A stretch of 64,000 nt of DNA, taken from positions 21,158,628-21,222,627 of the forward strand of contig OZ037767.1 in the NCBI GenBank assembly GCA_964035545.1, read 5' to 3'. Positions 1 to 18,311 of this stretch are shown here, one piece after another. The position numbers and the translations under genes were made by a program. Position 1 is the stretch's first letter. Every line of letters begins with the position of its first letter. Under the pieces are notes generated by a model. That model was given only the letters and a program-made list of their open reading frames with translations, had not been told where the DNA came from and searched no databases. The DNA comes from Bugula neritina (Eukaryota > Animalia > Bryozoa).

Positions 1-256
1 TCAGATAGCCACTAGCCATTTTCACAGCCACTGGCCATTTTCACAGCCACTGGCCACCACCCCCCCCCCCCCCCATTAGCTACTTATCACTCTCCACTAT
101 TTATTACTAGTCAGAGAGAATTAATTCACTTTCTCAACCCATTCACAGCTACAACGTTCTATGTATGCTGACCGGTTCCACAACGTTTACTAACCACACC
201 CATGTGGGTTGATAACCAGTACTACACACACGAAACCAGTTAGTTTCTATCAGTTA

Positions 257-5961
<5,705 letters not shown>

Positions 5962-8900
5962 GGTGACACTGTGAGCAGTGTAAACAGCTAGTTTCACAGT
6001 ATCTTGACAGGCAGAAGCAGGTATTTGCTTATAGTATCCTTTTAGCTAAAAGCAGGTACTCCTTTAATATCCAGTCAGTTGAGAGAAAGCGGTTTTTCAA
6101 GTGCTGCTGCACCATAAAGATGTTGTGAGTGCTAATTAACTGCTTAAGCCATCTAAAAAAAGAAAATTTAGCTCTTTTATACTTTTATATCCATTATAGT
6201 TGAATAACAAAACTAAAAAACATCTGATTAATTCCATCTATACTTCAGGTCAATCATGGAATCTAATCAGAGACCATGTGACTAGATGACTCAACCAACC
6301 ACAAGTGCAGCCTAGACTACACAATACAATGCTAAGACAGTAATGTGTTGAGTATAATAAAGGTATTGAAGAAATGAAATGAGAGGAAATTAGAAAAACA
6401 AATTAGTGTTTATTAGTTAAACAAGCACTGAGAAAGCTGGTTACATAATGGAAATTCTCCGTAGTGTCTACAGTGTCAAACCTGGACACAAATTAGAAAT
6501 AAATATCAAGTATACAATAACAATATTAGCTAAGAAATTCGGTATAAAATATTTAGTATATGATGAATAACTGTATTAACTAAGAGTATTAATATGAAAA
6601 AGCAAAGACGCATGCTTTTTTGTGGGTTTTTAATATTGTAAAAATTAAACTGCTAAATTTTATAATAGAATGCATTTTTTCTTTTTTTATATAGATAACT
6701 TCTTGAAATACACAATAAAAAATCTTTTGCTAGTATAAATAGATTACATAAAATGAGAGCCAGTTTATGTAGTAGGTTTCTAAACAAAACCTGGTATCAT
6801 GCTAAAACTTGGCACACGTAGGTGAGCATTATTTTGATGCTATAATATACAGAGTAGTTACTAACCTTATTCACTACAGCATTATTTTAATAATGCATTA
6901 TATAGTGTAGCTACTAATCTGACTCAATGATTACTAATCAATGCACCTCAGGCATAGCTGCCCACATGCATGTTTCAGTATTGGAACTGTATTATTATGT
7001 TACAATTTTATTGATTGATGAGCAAATCACTGAGCAAGCACAATGATAACATTATTCTGTATTACTACTCTGTATTTCATAGACAATGGTTAGACAAAAT
7101 TATTTGTAAGGCAACATGACTTCACCTAACAGTTGTTTGCTTTAACTTTGATTTTAAGTTGTTAAAAGCATTGTCTTTATGTACATATTAGACGCAGTAC
7201 CAGTTGCTTGCTAATTATGCTGACTAGAACACTTTAGTTACTTGACTTGAGAATTTAAGGCTAAAAGATGCATAGAGTTCCCATGAGGGCCTCTTTATAT
7301 ATTCATGAATTGCAATCTCACTCGATTACTATGGCATGTAGAAGACTGCCGGAACTAATATTATGTGTTTATATTAAATGCTGTAAGAAACTATGCAAAT
7401 AGCGGCTATATAACACTGAATGTGCTCCATTGCATCTTAAATTGTAAGTCAAAGAAATAATAAAGGGTATATTCAACGCAATGAGAGGATAACTACTAAA
7501 TGGAAGGCTTTGGAACTTTTATAGTAGTTATTAAATAGCTTTTCGCACACTTTGTAAAGTAGCAAAAAGAGTTTTGGTGCTAGCCACTCGAACCTTGCGC
7601 AACTTACACAAAAATCTGTTAAAAGACAACCAATTATTAGGGTAGATTACATAACTTATTTTTATAAGCTGATGTAGAATAGATATTCATTCATTATACA
7701 AATCAGATCCAATTATCCAAGTCATTAATGGCTACAGGATATATCAAACTAGCTGTGTTACCATGGTGACTGCTAACATATACTCGAAATATGTAATCAT
7801 CAGTCCCAATAAGAGCTGGAAACATGTTCAAATGAAACAAGGTCCTTCAGTAATTTGCCTAAATTGCATTAAAATTTAATTGCTTGTATTTGCTTTTAGG
7901 GTATTAACAAAATACGACACCTTTTTTATTTATGTGGCTCGATTACTAATTCAAAAAATTTGAAAGAGAAAGGTTATAAAGAAATCTAGTTACAAAATTC
8001 ATGTTTGCTTGATTTTTGAATGCATAGTTAGTTGTGCTGGTTTAGAAAGGGCATAAAACTGCGCATTTCAACAGCACCATAAATAAAAAAAATGCCATTA
8101 TTATTAGATGCATGCAGTAAAATTGGAAATCATTTACTGCCTGAGGAAAAATGAAGATGCCAACCAATAAAACCAGTAATGAGAATACTGCTTAAATATT
8201 AAATAATTTATTTGCAAAAAATATTATTTTTCCTTCATTAATAATTAATATACCGAGACGAAGCCTTGCTATTATGGAGTGAAATACAGTAAGCAGATGG
8301 CTGATTCACAATAATCAATAGGAAATTTGAGCCAGCAGTTTCCTGGAAGCAGGCAGTTGAATAAATTTTAATTTATTTCAACAAGTTGTGTCCACATTCA
8401 TCTGTTTATTCAATAAAAAAGTGCAGTCAGAAATTTGTAGAGTAATTGATTTTCTCTTGCTTAATATTAAATTATCAAGATTAATAATAGGCAATATAAA
8501 ACAGACCAAATGGCTGCAGCTAGGCAGTATATGTGCTGACCCAACCCCCCCCCACAGAAAGATGCCATGGAGGAGGCTTCTTTTTGTAGTCTACATAGCT
8601 AGGTAGCCATACTTTATGTGATCACAGGAAGTAGAATAATTTGCTATTGATTAGTAATGAAAAGCCTATTACATTATTTAACAAGCCTACTCTGTACGTG
8701 AGTGTGATATTTATTTTCAAAACCCTTGAGGGCTTGAAAATGAAGCAAACTTTAATTAGTCTGAACTTTCGTATTTTATGAAGAATTTTCCTTTCTAGCC
8801 ATCCAAGTGCAAAAATAACTTGTACTCTAATGAGTTAATTTAGTCAGACGTCTCATTTTCAAATAAATGCTTTCAGGTGGGGTAAAAATTTCAACTGCTT

Positions 8901-9519
8901 AAACCATCAAATATTGATTTATTGAAGCATACTAAAAATCTGAAAAGCATTACATAAGTGGTATTATGATTAGTTGTATTATGAGGTGTATTACGTGCTG
9001 TATGATATCTAAATGAGTTCTAGTCGGAGTAATACCAAATCTAGTGTTTCAATGTATGTTACTTCCCATTTCTTGTAAAAGTCATGGCGATAACATCCCA
9101 ATAGTACAAATGTCTCAAAAGCAAAGTTTATCATAAAACTAAAGGCTAGCAGCGTTTCTATAAATACATTAACCATTTATATTTTGAGTGAAAATTTCGC
9201 ACAGCAGCCTAAATTTAAATTTTGTTTACTTGAAAAATATGTGATTTCTTTGAAAAATAACTGCAGTGTGATAAAAATTATTTTGAGTGAGACACTGGCG
9301 CCACTACAGGGCATTAGTACTGAAAATTGGTCTCTATTATTCAAATAACTAAGTGACTGTAAATTAATTAGAATCTTAATGAAATAGACAAACATTAAGA
9401 TGATTTTCTCAGTAATAAGACTTAACGCAAGAAATGAGAGTCTGATAGCAGGCAGCACTATGTTCTACTCGATACCTTTGAATACACTCGGGAACACTCA
9501 AGGTATAGAAGGGCCTCAC

Positions 9520-9735
9520 TTAGTTTCCAATGTGAAACTTTTTTGACTACAGGTTAGACGGAAATTGATTATTTTACTAATTATTTTTATATGTTCCCTC
9601 TGGTGTCTTTAATGGTTCCTGAAACCTCACAGCATCTTCTTCTGTATCAATAGTCGGATACAGTAGCGTATCATCAGCATAAAGGCCTACACTTAGGTTT
9701 AGTTTTAGTGGAAGATCACTGATGCATATTAAAAT
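9520..9735 (-). mobile_element. Degenerate non-LTR retrotransposon (CR1/L2-like) reverse transcriptase fragment
   Basis: Minus-strand translation LICISDLPLKLNLSVGLYADDTLLYPTIDTEEDAVRFQ contains the YADD catalytic motif; frame lost downstream. Confidence 0.8.
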
Positions 9736-12152
9736 CTCAATGATTATTTTATGATTGTTACTACATGAAAATCAAAGTAGTATAATATTATAAATAATGA
9801 TTATGATCATGACTATAATCATAGCTAAAAATAAAAAAATTAATAAACCCTCATCAGTGAATTACAAATGTTACAATGATTAAAAACACAATTACTATTA
9901 CAGTAATAGATAATACTAATAGTATTGACTAAAAGTATATCTAATACTAATAGTAATGAACATTCACATTGACATAGTGATACAGACACATACTGATACT
10001 GATAGCCATAATTTATAGTTGTGTTATTTCAATATTTGAGGTACATATTGATCAGTATGAGTATTAGTATGATAATGCGCACAATCACAATGTGAATCAT
10101 TGAATGAAAAGCTGAGAGTAAAGCTTAATCATAAACATAACCATAATGCTATCAAACTTTTAAAAACTTTAATCATATTGATAATACAAATGATTTCGAT
10201 ATATCATTTATCATTATTGTATTATTAATCACTATTAGTAAGTTACTGCAAAACTGAAAGTAAAAGTGAATGTAATTGTAGGATAAAGACTTAGACTAGT
10301 GCTAAGACATCTTCATTATGATTATGATTACCTTAGCCTCTAAGCTTAACAACAAAAGTGGTTTACATAAAACAAGAAAGCTAAAACGTGAAACCTAAAA
10401 GTAAAACTTTTTCACTTTCCAGCGTTTCCTTAGAGGTTAGAATATTAAATTCAATATTTAAATAATATTCAACTTCAAGTTCAAGTAGTACTAGTTACAA
10501 TAAATATAATAATTTAATTACTAACTTTAACTTCAGTCTTTAAGTATGAAATTGAAGCTTGAATTATAAATGTTTATAATTAAAACCACTGTAAGCTTAT
10601 TACAGAGCAAGATTTAATTTGCATTAAATTTGCATTTCAATTGCATAGTCGATATAATCATATGCTTGCTTACTAAGTGCAACTGTATGACTATGATCAA
10701 CATGAACCTATCGGAGTGAAACTCCTCAAATTTTACAATAAGAAATAATTATTATCATTTCATTTGTTATTAAAATTTAGGTTACTGTGCCATGCGCAGC
10801 ACGGCTCGTTATAATTGAAAAGTAAAAAGCTACGGTCATTAAACATCAACAACGAGCATAGTTTTGTCTTTTCTCAAGCAATTTCGCTACTTTGCCTACT
10901 GCTGGAAGTCCATGTGTGATTTGGTCATATTACTATTAGTATTAGTATTAGTATTACTATTACTCAAAAATTAGTATTACTATTACTATTAGTATTACTA
11001 TTAATACCATAATCAAACTATTCTTACACTTGACCTTGTCCAACAGTAAGACTAAGAGTAAGTCTTACTAACAGTAACTGTAAGTGTAACTCACTAAGTC
11101 TAACTCCAAGTCCAAGTCTTAGTCTAACACTAACAGTAACTCACTAACACTGTTAGTGTTAGTTGTTAGTGTTACTGTTACAGTGGTACTGTTAGTGTGT
11201 TCTGTTACTAACAGTAAAGTGAGTAAGTGACACTGTAAGTGAGTAACTCTAAGTTACTTATAGATCACAAAGATAATTCCTTAACTGATAATGTAATTAT
11301 TAGTTTTAATTACAACCATTAGTATTGCTATTACTATTAGTATTACTATGACTATCAGTGATGAGTCATGAGTATGAGTAAAACTATTTATTGAATGAAA
11401 TGACTGCATCAGTGTATGTCTTTCATTGAAGTTATATCCCATGTTGATGTTGATTATAATAAACTTAGATAAACATATTAAAGTTTAAATTATTTGACAC
11501 TATTGCAGCATTTGAATAGTAACAACTACAATCAATATGTTTTTTAGTTTTGTTATACTAATAGTAATACTAATTGGCTATTGTTATAAATTTATTAATT
11601 AATGGGAACTGTGCTATCAAATGCAATATGAATAGCTATAGCATGCAGTAATGTATAGTAGGTTTGTCATTTAATACTTTTCAACAATCAGCAGTTCAGG
11701 TAAAGTAACATTAACAATTATCAAACTCACATTAGCAGTTTACCCAGCACTAACAATATTTAAATTTAGCTGCAATAGTTACATAATGCAGTTGTATGCA
11801 TTGATAGCAGTGTTATTATTTTGCAAATATAATTGCTGTATGCATCATGCATCATGTAATGCATCATAAAAATAATTTGCATGGTATAGAAGTTCAAAAG
11901 GGCTTTACGGATGCATGATGTAAGATTAAATGTATCTTGTTAAAACATGTTTTCTTATAATTATTTTAGAAAACATTTCTTCTTGGCTTTATTTCATCAT
12001 ATTATAGTTACTCATACTCTCAGCAAGATATGCCAATTGTTTTAGCTATCTTCTAGGGTTAACACCAATTGTGTCTTCTCATCTCTCTTTGAATTGTTTT
12101 AGAAAAGTTTCACAAAAGCTACAGCTTATCTCACTCTCTACCTAAATACAAA

Positions 12153-15100
12153 ATGTTCAAAAGACTATTGAAGCAGCTCTACCAAAGTAGCCAACATAAA
12201 GTTTCATGTTGTGCCAAACATTCTCAAAATCAAGGTCATGTTAAGCATTCTCAAGGTCAAAGTTGTGTTAAGCATTCTCAAGGTGTGGCTGCAGACGCTA
12301 CAGGTAGTACTACAGCTGGTGTTGATACTCGGTTAAAAAATACAGAGACTTTACAAAACGAATTTGCTAGACTAACTAAACAACAGCTGCAAACTATCAT
12401 CGCTGCCTACAACCACTTGTTACCAACAATCTACAAACAGGAAGAGCTACTACAATATGCTCCTGAAAGCTCACTTCATGCTGTATTTGACATCAATTCA
12501 TATGTAAAACGGTTAGTTATGTGCTCATGTCCTATTACTAATGTTGGTTCTAACAAGTTTGACGTATACTTCATTATATGTCTTTGAGTGACCAGCTGAT
12601 CTTGTTTTACTGTAGTATGAACTTGTGTAAGCTTGAACATAGTATGTTTTATATCAAAGCTACTGCTTTAATATTTGCTATAATTTAAAAGTAACCAACA
12701 GTAGTAATATTTTAGTACCAACTGCTAGCAGTACCATCTACTAGTAGTACTAACTAATAGTAATACCAACTATCAGCTGTACTATTTACTAGTAGTACTA
12801 ACTAATAGTGCTACTAACTGCTAGTGCTACTAACTACCAGTTGTACTATATACTAGTAGTACTAACTAATAGTAATACCAACTATCAATTGTACTATCTA
12901 CTAGTGGTACTAACTAATAGTTGTAAGAGATCTACTAGTAGTACAATTGGTCAGCTTTCACAAAGATGTTCTGCTCAATCTACCACAGAGAGTTTTATAT
13001 TGATGAGATGATGGTGAGATGTGGAAATGCTAAGACTAAAGCCATGATGCAAACTCTCCAACCTATAGATGAAATAATAGCTAAAGCACTGGAGCCATCT
13101 AATGATTTAGCTTACAAGCATTTACTTACTGTGAGTTCAACTTAAAAATACAAGCATTTACCTGCTGTGAGTTCAACTTACAAATACTGGAGTCTAAACA
13201 TAATTATTCTCATTATATTGAACCTACAAATGGTTACTTCAGTGTAAATTTAACTATGAGAAGCACATATTATTAAAATATTGAAAGATGATATAGGCAT
13301 AGTTTTTCAGTCATATTCAAAGAGACTGCCATTTTAGTAGCAACCGATCTTAGTTGTCGTTTTCCTTCTTTGTACTCTCACCAACAAGTTGTCATATTTC
13401 TAGTCTAAGAAACGTCATAGAAGCCTAGTTCACGGGAACAACGCTATGCATGCCATGAAATTTGGTCAGCCGTTGGTGGTAGACTGCTCCTTCGAGGACA
13501 CCATGCAAAATAGATCACTGGAGTCTTACAAAACTCAGATATTTCACCTGTTGAGTAACAACGAAACCTCACCATACCCTTTTCATTTGCATTTGTGTGA
13601 GTGTTCATCAACTTCTATGCTATACATACTAAGTTATGTGTGAGATGTGTGTTCTATAGATATATATACATACTAGGTTATGTGTGAGATGTGTGTTCTA
13701 TAGATATATATATACATACTAGGTTATGTGTGAGATGTGTGTTCTATAGATATATACATACTAAGTTATGTGTGAGATGTGTGTTCTATAGATATATATA
13801 CATACTAAGTTATGTGTGAGATGTGTGTTCTATAGATACATATACATACTAAGTTATGTGTGAGATGTGTGTTCTATAGATATATACATACTAAGTTATG
13901 TGTGAGATGTGTGTTCTATAGATATATATACATACTAAGTTATGAGTGAGATGTGTGTTCTATAGATATATATACATACTAGGTTATGTGTGAGATGTGT
14001 GTTCTATAGATATATATACATACTAAGTTATGAGTGAGATGTGTGTTCTATAGATATATATACATACTAGGTTATGTGTGAGATGTGTGTTCTATAGATA
14101 TATATACATACTAAGTTATGTGTGAGATGTGTGTTCTATAGATATATATACATACTAGGTTATGTGTGAGATGTGTGTTCTATAGATATATATACATACT
14201 AAGTTATGAGTGAGATGTGTGTTCTATAGATATATAAACATAATAGGTTGCACATGCAGTACTACATTCACATGTTAGCTTCACAATAATAGTACTTCAA
14301 ACAATAATAAAACTTAAACACATGATGCACATATGAATTTTGTCCCTGGCTAGCATGGCCTTGACACTGATGTATGTGTTGGTCTGTTTTACATTGTGGT
14401 CCTGGCCTATAATCACCTGGACATGGCTCTACTAACTCTGTAGGTAATTTGACGTCAGACTCAGTTCTACACACGGAGCAGAGTCATGGCCCCACGGCTC
14501 ATTCTGTCATAGACCAGACCTTCGCTACGATCACAGACCAGTGTTTCACCAGTCTGTTTGACAGGAAGGACCTGGTCATGCTTAGTCCAGACGCACCTCT
14601 CTACATGGAGGAGTTCAGCAAAGAGAAAGTCTACATTATCGGCGGTGAGTATCTCTTACTCTGCTCTTTGACACTACTCTAACACTATTCACTCTAACAC
14701 TAGTCACGCTAGCACTAGTCACTCTTGTTCTATTCACTCTAACACTAGTCACTCTAACACTAGTCACTGTGAGGTGTTGTCCTCTCATGTCGAGTTATTG
14801 CAGGAATCGTGGACCTGGCAGACTGCACTCCACTTACGCTGAGTAAAGCTGAGAAACTTGGAATAGAGTGTCGGAAGTTACCTCTTGATGTCTACATCAG
14901 GTGAGTGACCTCTACTCTATTGCACATGCACTGATATCCTATCATATGGTTAAAGTCACAGTTGGTCACATAATCATACAATGATATAGTCGTATGATAG
15001 TATTATGTGACTACACCACCATCCCTTCTCTCTAATCCTTGGCAGTATAATAATGATATGTTAACAGGTGGACGGCCGGCTCTGGAAAGCGTTTAACCTT

Positions 15101-15413
15101 GACATCTGTTCTTTCAATCATCTCCAAGTTAGCCTTAGGATCTGACTGGAGTGACGCCATATTACAGTCACTTCCTAAAAGACTCGTCACTCCAGTTACC
15201 CGCAGCAACACCTCCGCCCAAGAAGCTCATGCAAAGAAACTACGAAAAGCTGTTGAAAGAAACAAGCAGCATATGGTAGACGATTTGGAAATTTACTACC
15301 GCCGTTACTTAACGGGCAGAATGTCAGCTTCAAATTTTGAAAAAAAGTCTCGAAACGTAAAGAAACTGCTTGGGAAAGATCCAAATCTGAATCTTGGAAG
15401 AACCTTGAACTGA
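12153..15413 (+). CDS. TRMT10C: Mitochondrial tRNA m1R9 methyltransferase / RNase P protein 1 (TRMT10C/MRPP1-like), ~445 aa
   Basis: Exons 12153-12511, 12989-13130, 13404-13596, 14444-14644, 14804-14900, 15068-15413 join in frame. SPOUT Trm10 motifs AMKFGQPLVVDCSFE, LSPDA, KVYIIGGIVD, RKLPLDVYIRW, KRLTL. Basic N-terminus resembles a mitochondrial presequence. Confidence 0.88.
13595..14245 (+). repeat. 40/42-bp minisatellite (~15 copies), TRMT10C intron 3
   Basis: Unit TGTGTGAGATGTGTGTTCTATAGATATATA(TA)CATACTAAGTTA. Confidence 0.95.
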
Positions 15414-16039
15414 GATTTAACTTTTTAGGAGGAGAAGTTGTTTTCGTGCAGCACTATGTGATACGTCTGTAGCCAGTTGCTACATGTTGTGTAGTCACAT
15501 GACAACTGTTGCTACATATTGTGTAGTCACATGGCAGAAAGCTGTTACTACACTATGATAAGTAGTCTGTAAAGTACATGACACATCTCCAGGTCAGGGA
15601 ATACATGAAGTTAGTTTGACCCAATATGAGCTGACAATTCTCAACTAATTGACATTTGCTTTTTATGTTGATAAAATGAACATTTATAACAGAGCTTTAC
15701 TTTTTTTGTAGTTTTGTAAATAAATATTTTTTGTGAAGTATATTTGACCAAATAACATTTACCTGCTTATTTTTTGTCGGTAATTTTCAGTAAAGGCTTT
15801 AGATTCTATGTAATCTGAGGGGGTTTGTTGTTTGTATGTTGTTGGAGTTACCCTACCTATATGAACTGAACATTGTCGCTTCTGCGTCTAGCGTTGTCCT
15901 GCCTCTTTGGGACAATGGAGATAAATAATTCATGCGTACTCTAATAAACCTGGTATATGGTAATTATTAACAAATAGACTTTGGTAGTTGCAATTTAGCA
16001 GTTGCTCAGCCCAGTTTTACCTGCTTGGTGTCCGGTAAA

Positions 16040-16221
16040 ATTGGCACAAGTAATAATGGCATATATGGAAAAGTAGGTAATATGCTACATTCAATATTTG
16101 GGTTTGAGCTTGGGTGTGAAAATTTGATGGAGGGGGGGGAGATTTGAAGTTTGGGGAAATCTAACATCAGTGGGCCAGTTTTACCTACTTTTCCATTTAT
16201 GCCATTAATACTTGTGCCAAT
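16040..16221. mobile_element. Foldback/MITE-like element with ~40-bp inverted repeats; partial copies at ~22265-22395 and ~43420-43510
   Basis: 16041-16080 is the reverse complement of 16181-16220 with 2 mismatches. TTTTACCTACTTTTCCATTT.TGCCATT and the G-rich core recur at 22365-22391. Confidence 0.72.
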
Positions 16222-17924
16222 CTTCATGAAAACTAGTTTGCCGCCGGTTGGCTAAGTTAATAAATAACCGTACATGGGAGCTACAAGATCATCCAGCATC
16301 AGGTGATGCTCTTTGGCCAATCCGTACATTAGCTGTCATTTTTTGTATTCCACATAATGACCCACAATTCTTGTTATTGTGTTTCTTGGGTCCTCAATGT
16401 CACCATAAAAAGGATATATAGAAATACAGCTGAGTATGCAAGTTTTACCAGTGGAAACAATATAGTGCAGAGTCATCCTGCTGTTTGAAGACAGGCTGAG
16501 CAGGCAGAGAGGCTGTTACTTTAGCTCGGTGCAGTGTGTCATGTGCCCACATAATGCTACTTTAAAGAGTACCTCTCCTTGTTGCATGGTCAGATCTTTG
16601 CATTCTTGTGTTTCTATACTGTACTACAACTCATAGCATCATTTATACCATCAAAATCACCTTGTCAATTGCCATACATAATGCAGTTGCCATTACATAT
16701 TATCAGGAGAAGAAATATGGTGTTGACGTGCTTTTTTATTACATTGCACCTTAATTCCTACCCCATAAATCCTATATTACCAAATGTTGCAACAATAATC
16801 TGTGTATACCTAGTTGTCTGTGGCACATCAATATCAATAACTGCTGTAATGGCAGCTATGGAATAGCATATTTCAGTACATGGGAAATAGTTAGTGCGGG
16901 CTACATGCTACTGCTGTATGGAATTGGGTTGCAAATGGAGGAAATGTATTAATAAATTCACAGCTTCATTCTACTGAGTCCGGCAGAAAACTTTGCAATA
17001 CATTCACTAAATCGCAACATCATTATATAGGAAATAAAAGAGTAAGGATAAAGAAAATCCTACAAATGTCTGCTTATGAGATAAGACCTTTATTAGGTCT
17101 ATACATAGGAAGCCCATTTGCTTTTAATTCTCAAGTCTCAGGGCTAAATTTCAGAATGTTAGAGCTGTGCCAATTCATCAAGTTTTAGTGTTAGATGAAT
17201 ACTAACCATGACAAAGCATGTATACTGTTAGCAAAGTCATATAAAATAAACTATACTTCATTTTACATGGAGCAGAGTTCCTACCCAATTTTTTAAGTCT
17301 TCAGTATTGCAAGAGCCTTAATTGGTAAGGGTATTTTAGTGCCTGGTATCACAAATAGTCATGACAAGATTATAGCCTATAACTTAATGCAACTGTTGGC
17401 AGCCCCTGTAACTGCATAGTACATGTTTGGTTTCAGCCAAGCTTCAGGGACTAAAGTTTCATCGTGTTAGGTTTTGTAGTTTTAGACTTATTTTGCTTCA
17501 AGCTGTCCTTAAAAATTAGACCATATGGCATTGTAGGACTTGAAACCCCTTCCCTAATTCTGTGCTACCTGCTGTAGACATGCTAGCTCCTCAGTGCACT
17601 TGTCTACAGCTTTTTATAGTTAGCAGCTAGATATGCAACATAAGGATTTTAGTTTGAATAAAATACACTGCATACATTTTCTAAATAAACAATTCCAAAG
17701 GCTATATTGCTGCAGCCCTAGCAATATAAGCATATAGTTGCATTTGGATAAATTTTGTGTACAAGCTCGTCCTAAGCAAACAATCAAGCTTCGGTACATA
17801 AAGTCTAATTTTAGAATATGCCTATACAAACTATGGTTGGCTTTGTGGCCCTCCCGTGTTTATCCTGATCAATATATAGTTACTAGGTCTTGACCCTTAA
17901 CACATGTTGATATTGAAAGAAAGA

Positions 17925-18035
17925 ATGAGCTTTGTTTGTGACCACCAGCTATAATGAGAGGCAAGCCTTTGTGAATGACGCAGCAGTTGAAGTCCTAAAT
18001 TCTGTGCAAGAAGTCTGTTTCCCTCATCAGTTCTA
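17925..18035 (+). promoter_or_regulatory. Putative cyclin D core promoter: TCF/Sox-type CTTTGT sites, CRE-like TGACGCA, Inr TCAGTT
   Basis: CTTTGTT ~17930, CCTTTGTG ~17966, TGACGCA ~17976, TCAGTT 18027-18032. Motif matches only. Confidence 0.4.
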
Positions 18036-18173
18036 CAATCAGGAGTAGCAATAGATCACTTATCGGAGATTTCTGGAAAGTTTTGTGCGGATTCTTAACG
18101 TAAGTTCATGCTTGGTAGTTGACCATCTCCAAGACTTGACCATCATTTGACCTTGAGTCAGATGATCTTTTGG

Positions 18174-18300
18174 ACAATAGTGCAATAGTCACAGTGCAAT
18201 AGTCACAGTGCAATAGTCACAGTACAATTGTCACAGTGCAATAGTCACAGTGCAATAGTCACAGTACAATAGTCACAGTGCAATTGTCACAGTGCAACAG
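18174..18300 (+). repeat. 14-bp tandem repeat (CACAGTGCAATAGT) x9 just upstream of the cyclin D ATG
   Basis: Direct tandem array. Confidence 0.93.
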
Positions 18301-18311
18301 TTATCTCGGTT

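Noticed and set aside
6033-6041. U12-type donor consensus GTATCCTTT
   Set aside because: On + strand, antisense to the kinesin exon; none of the modelled introns has a U12 donor
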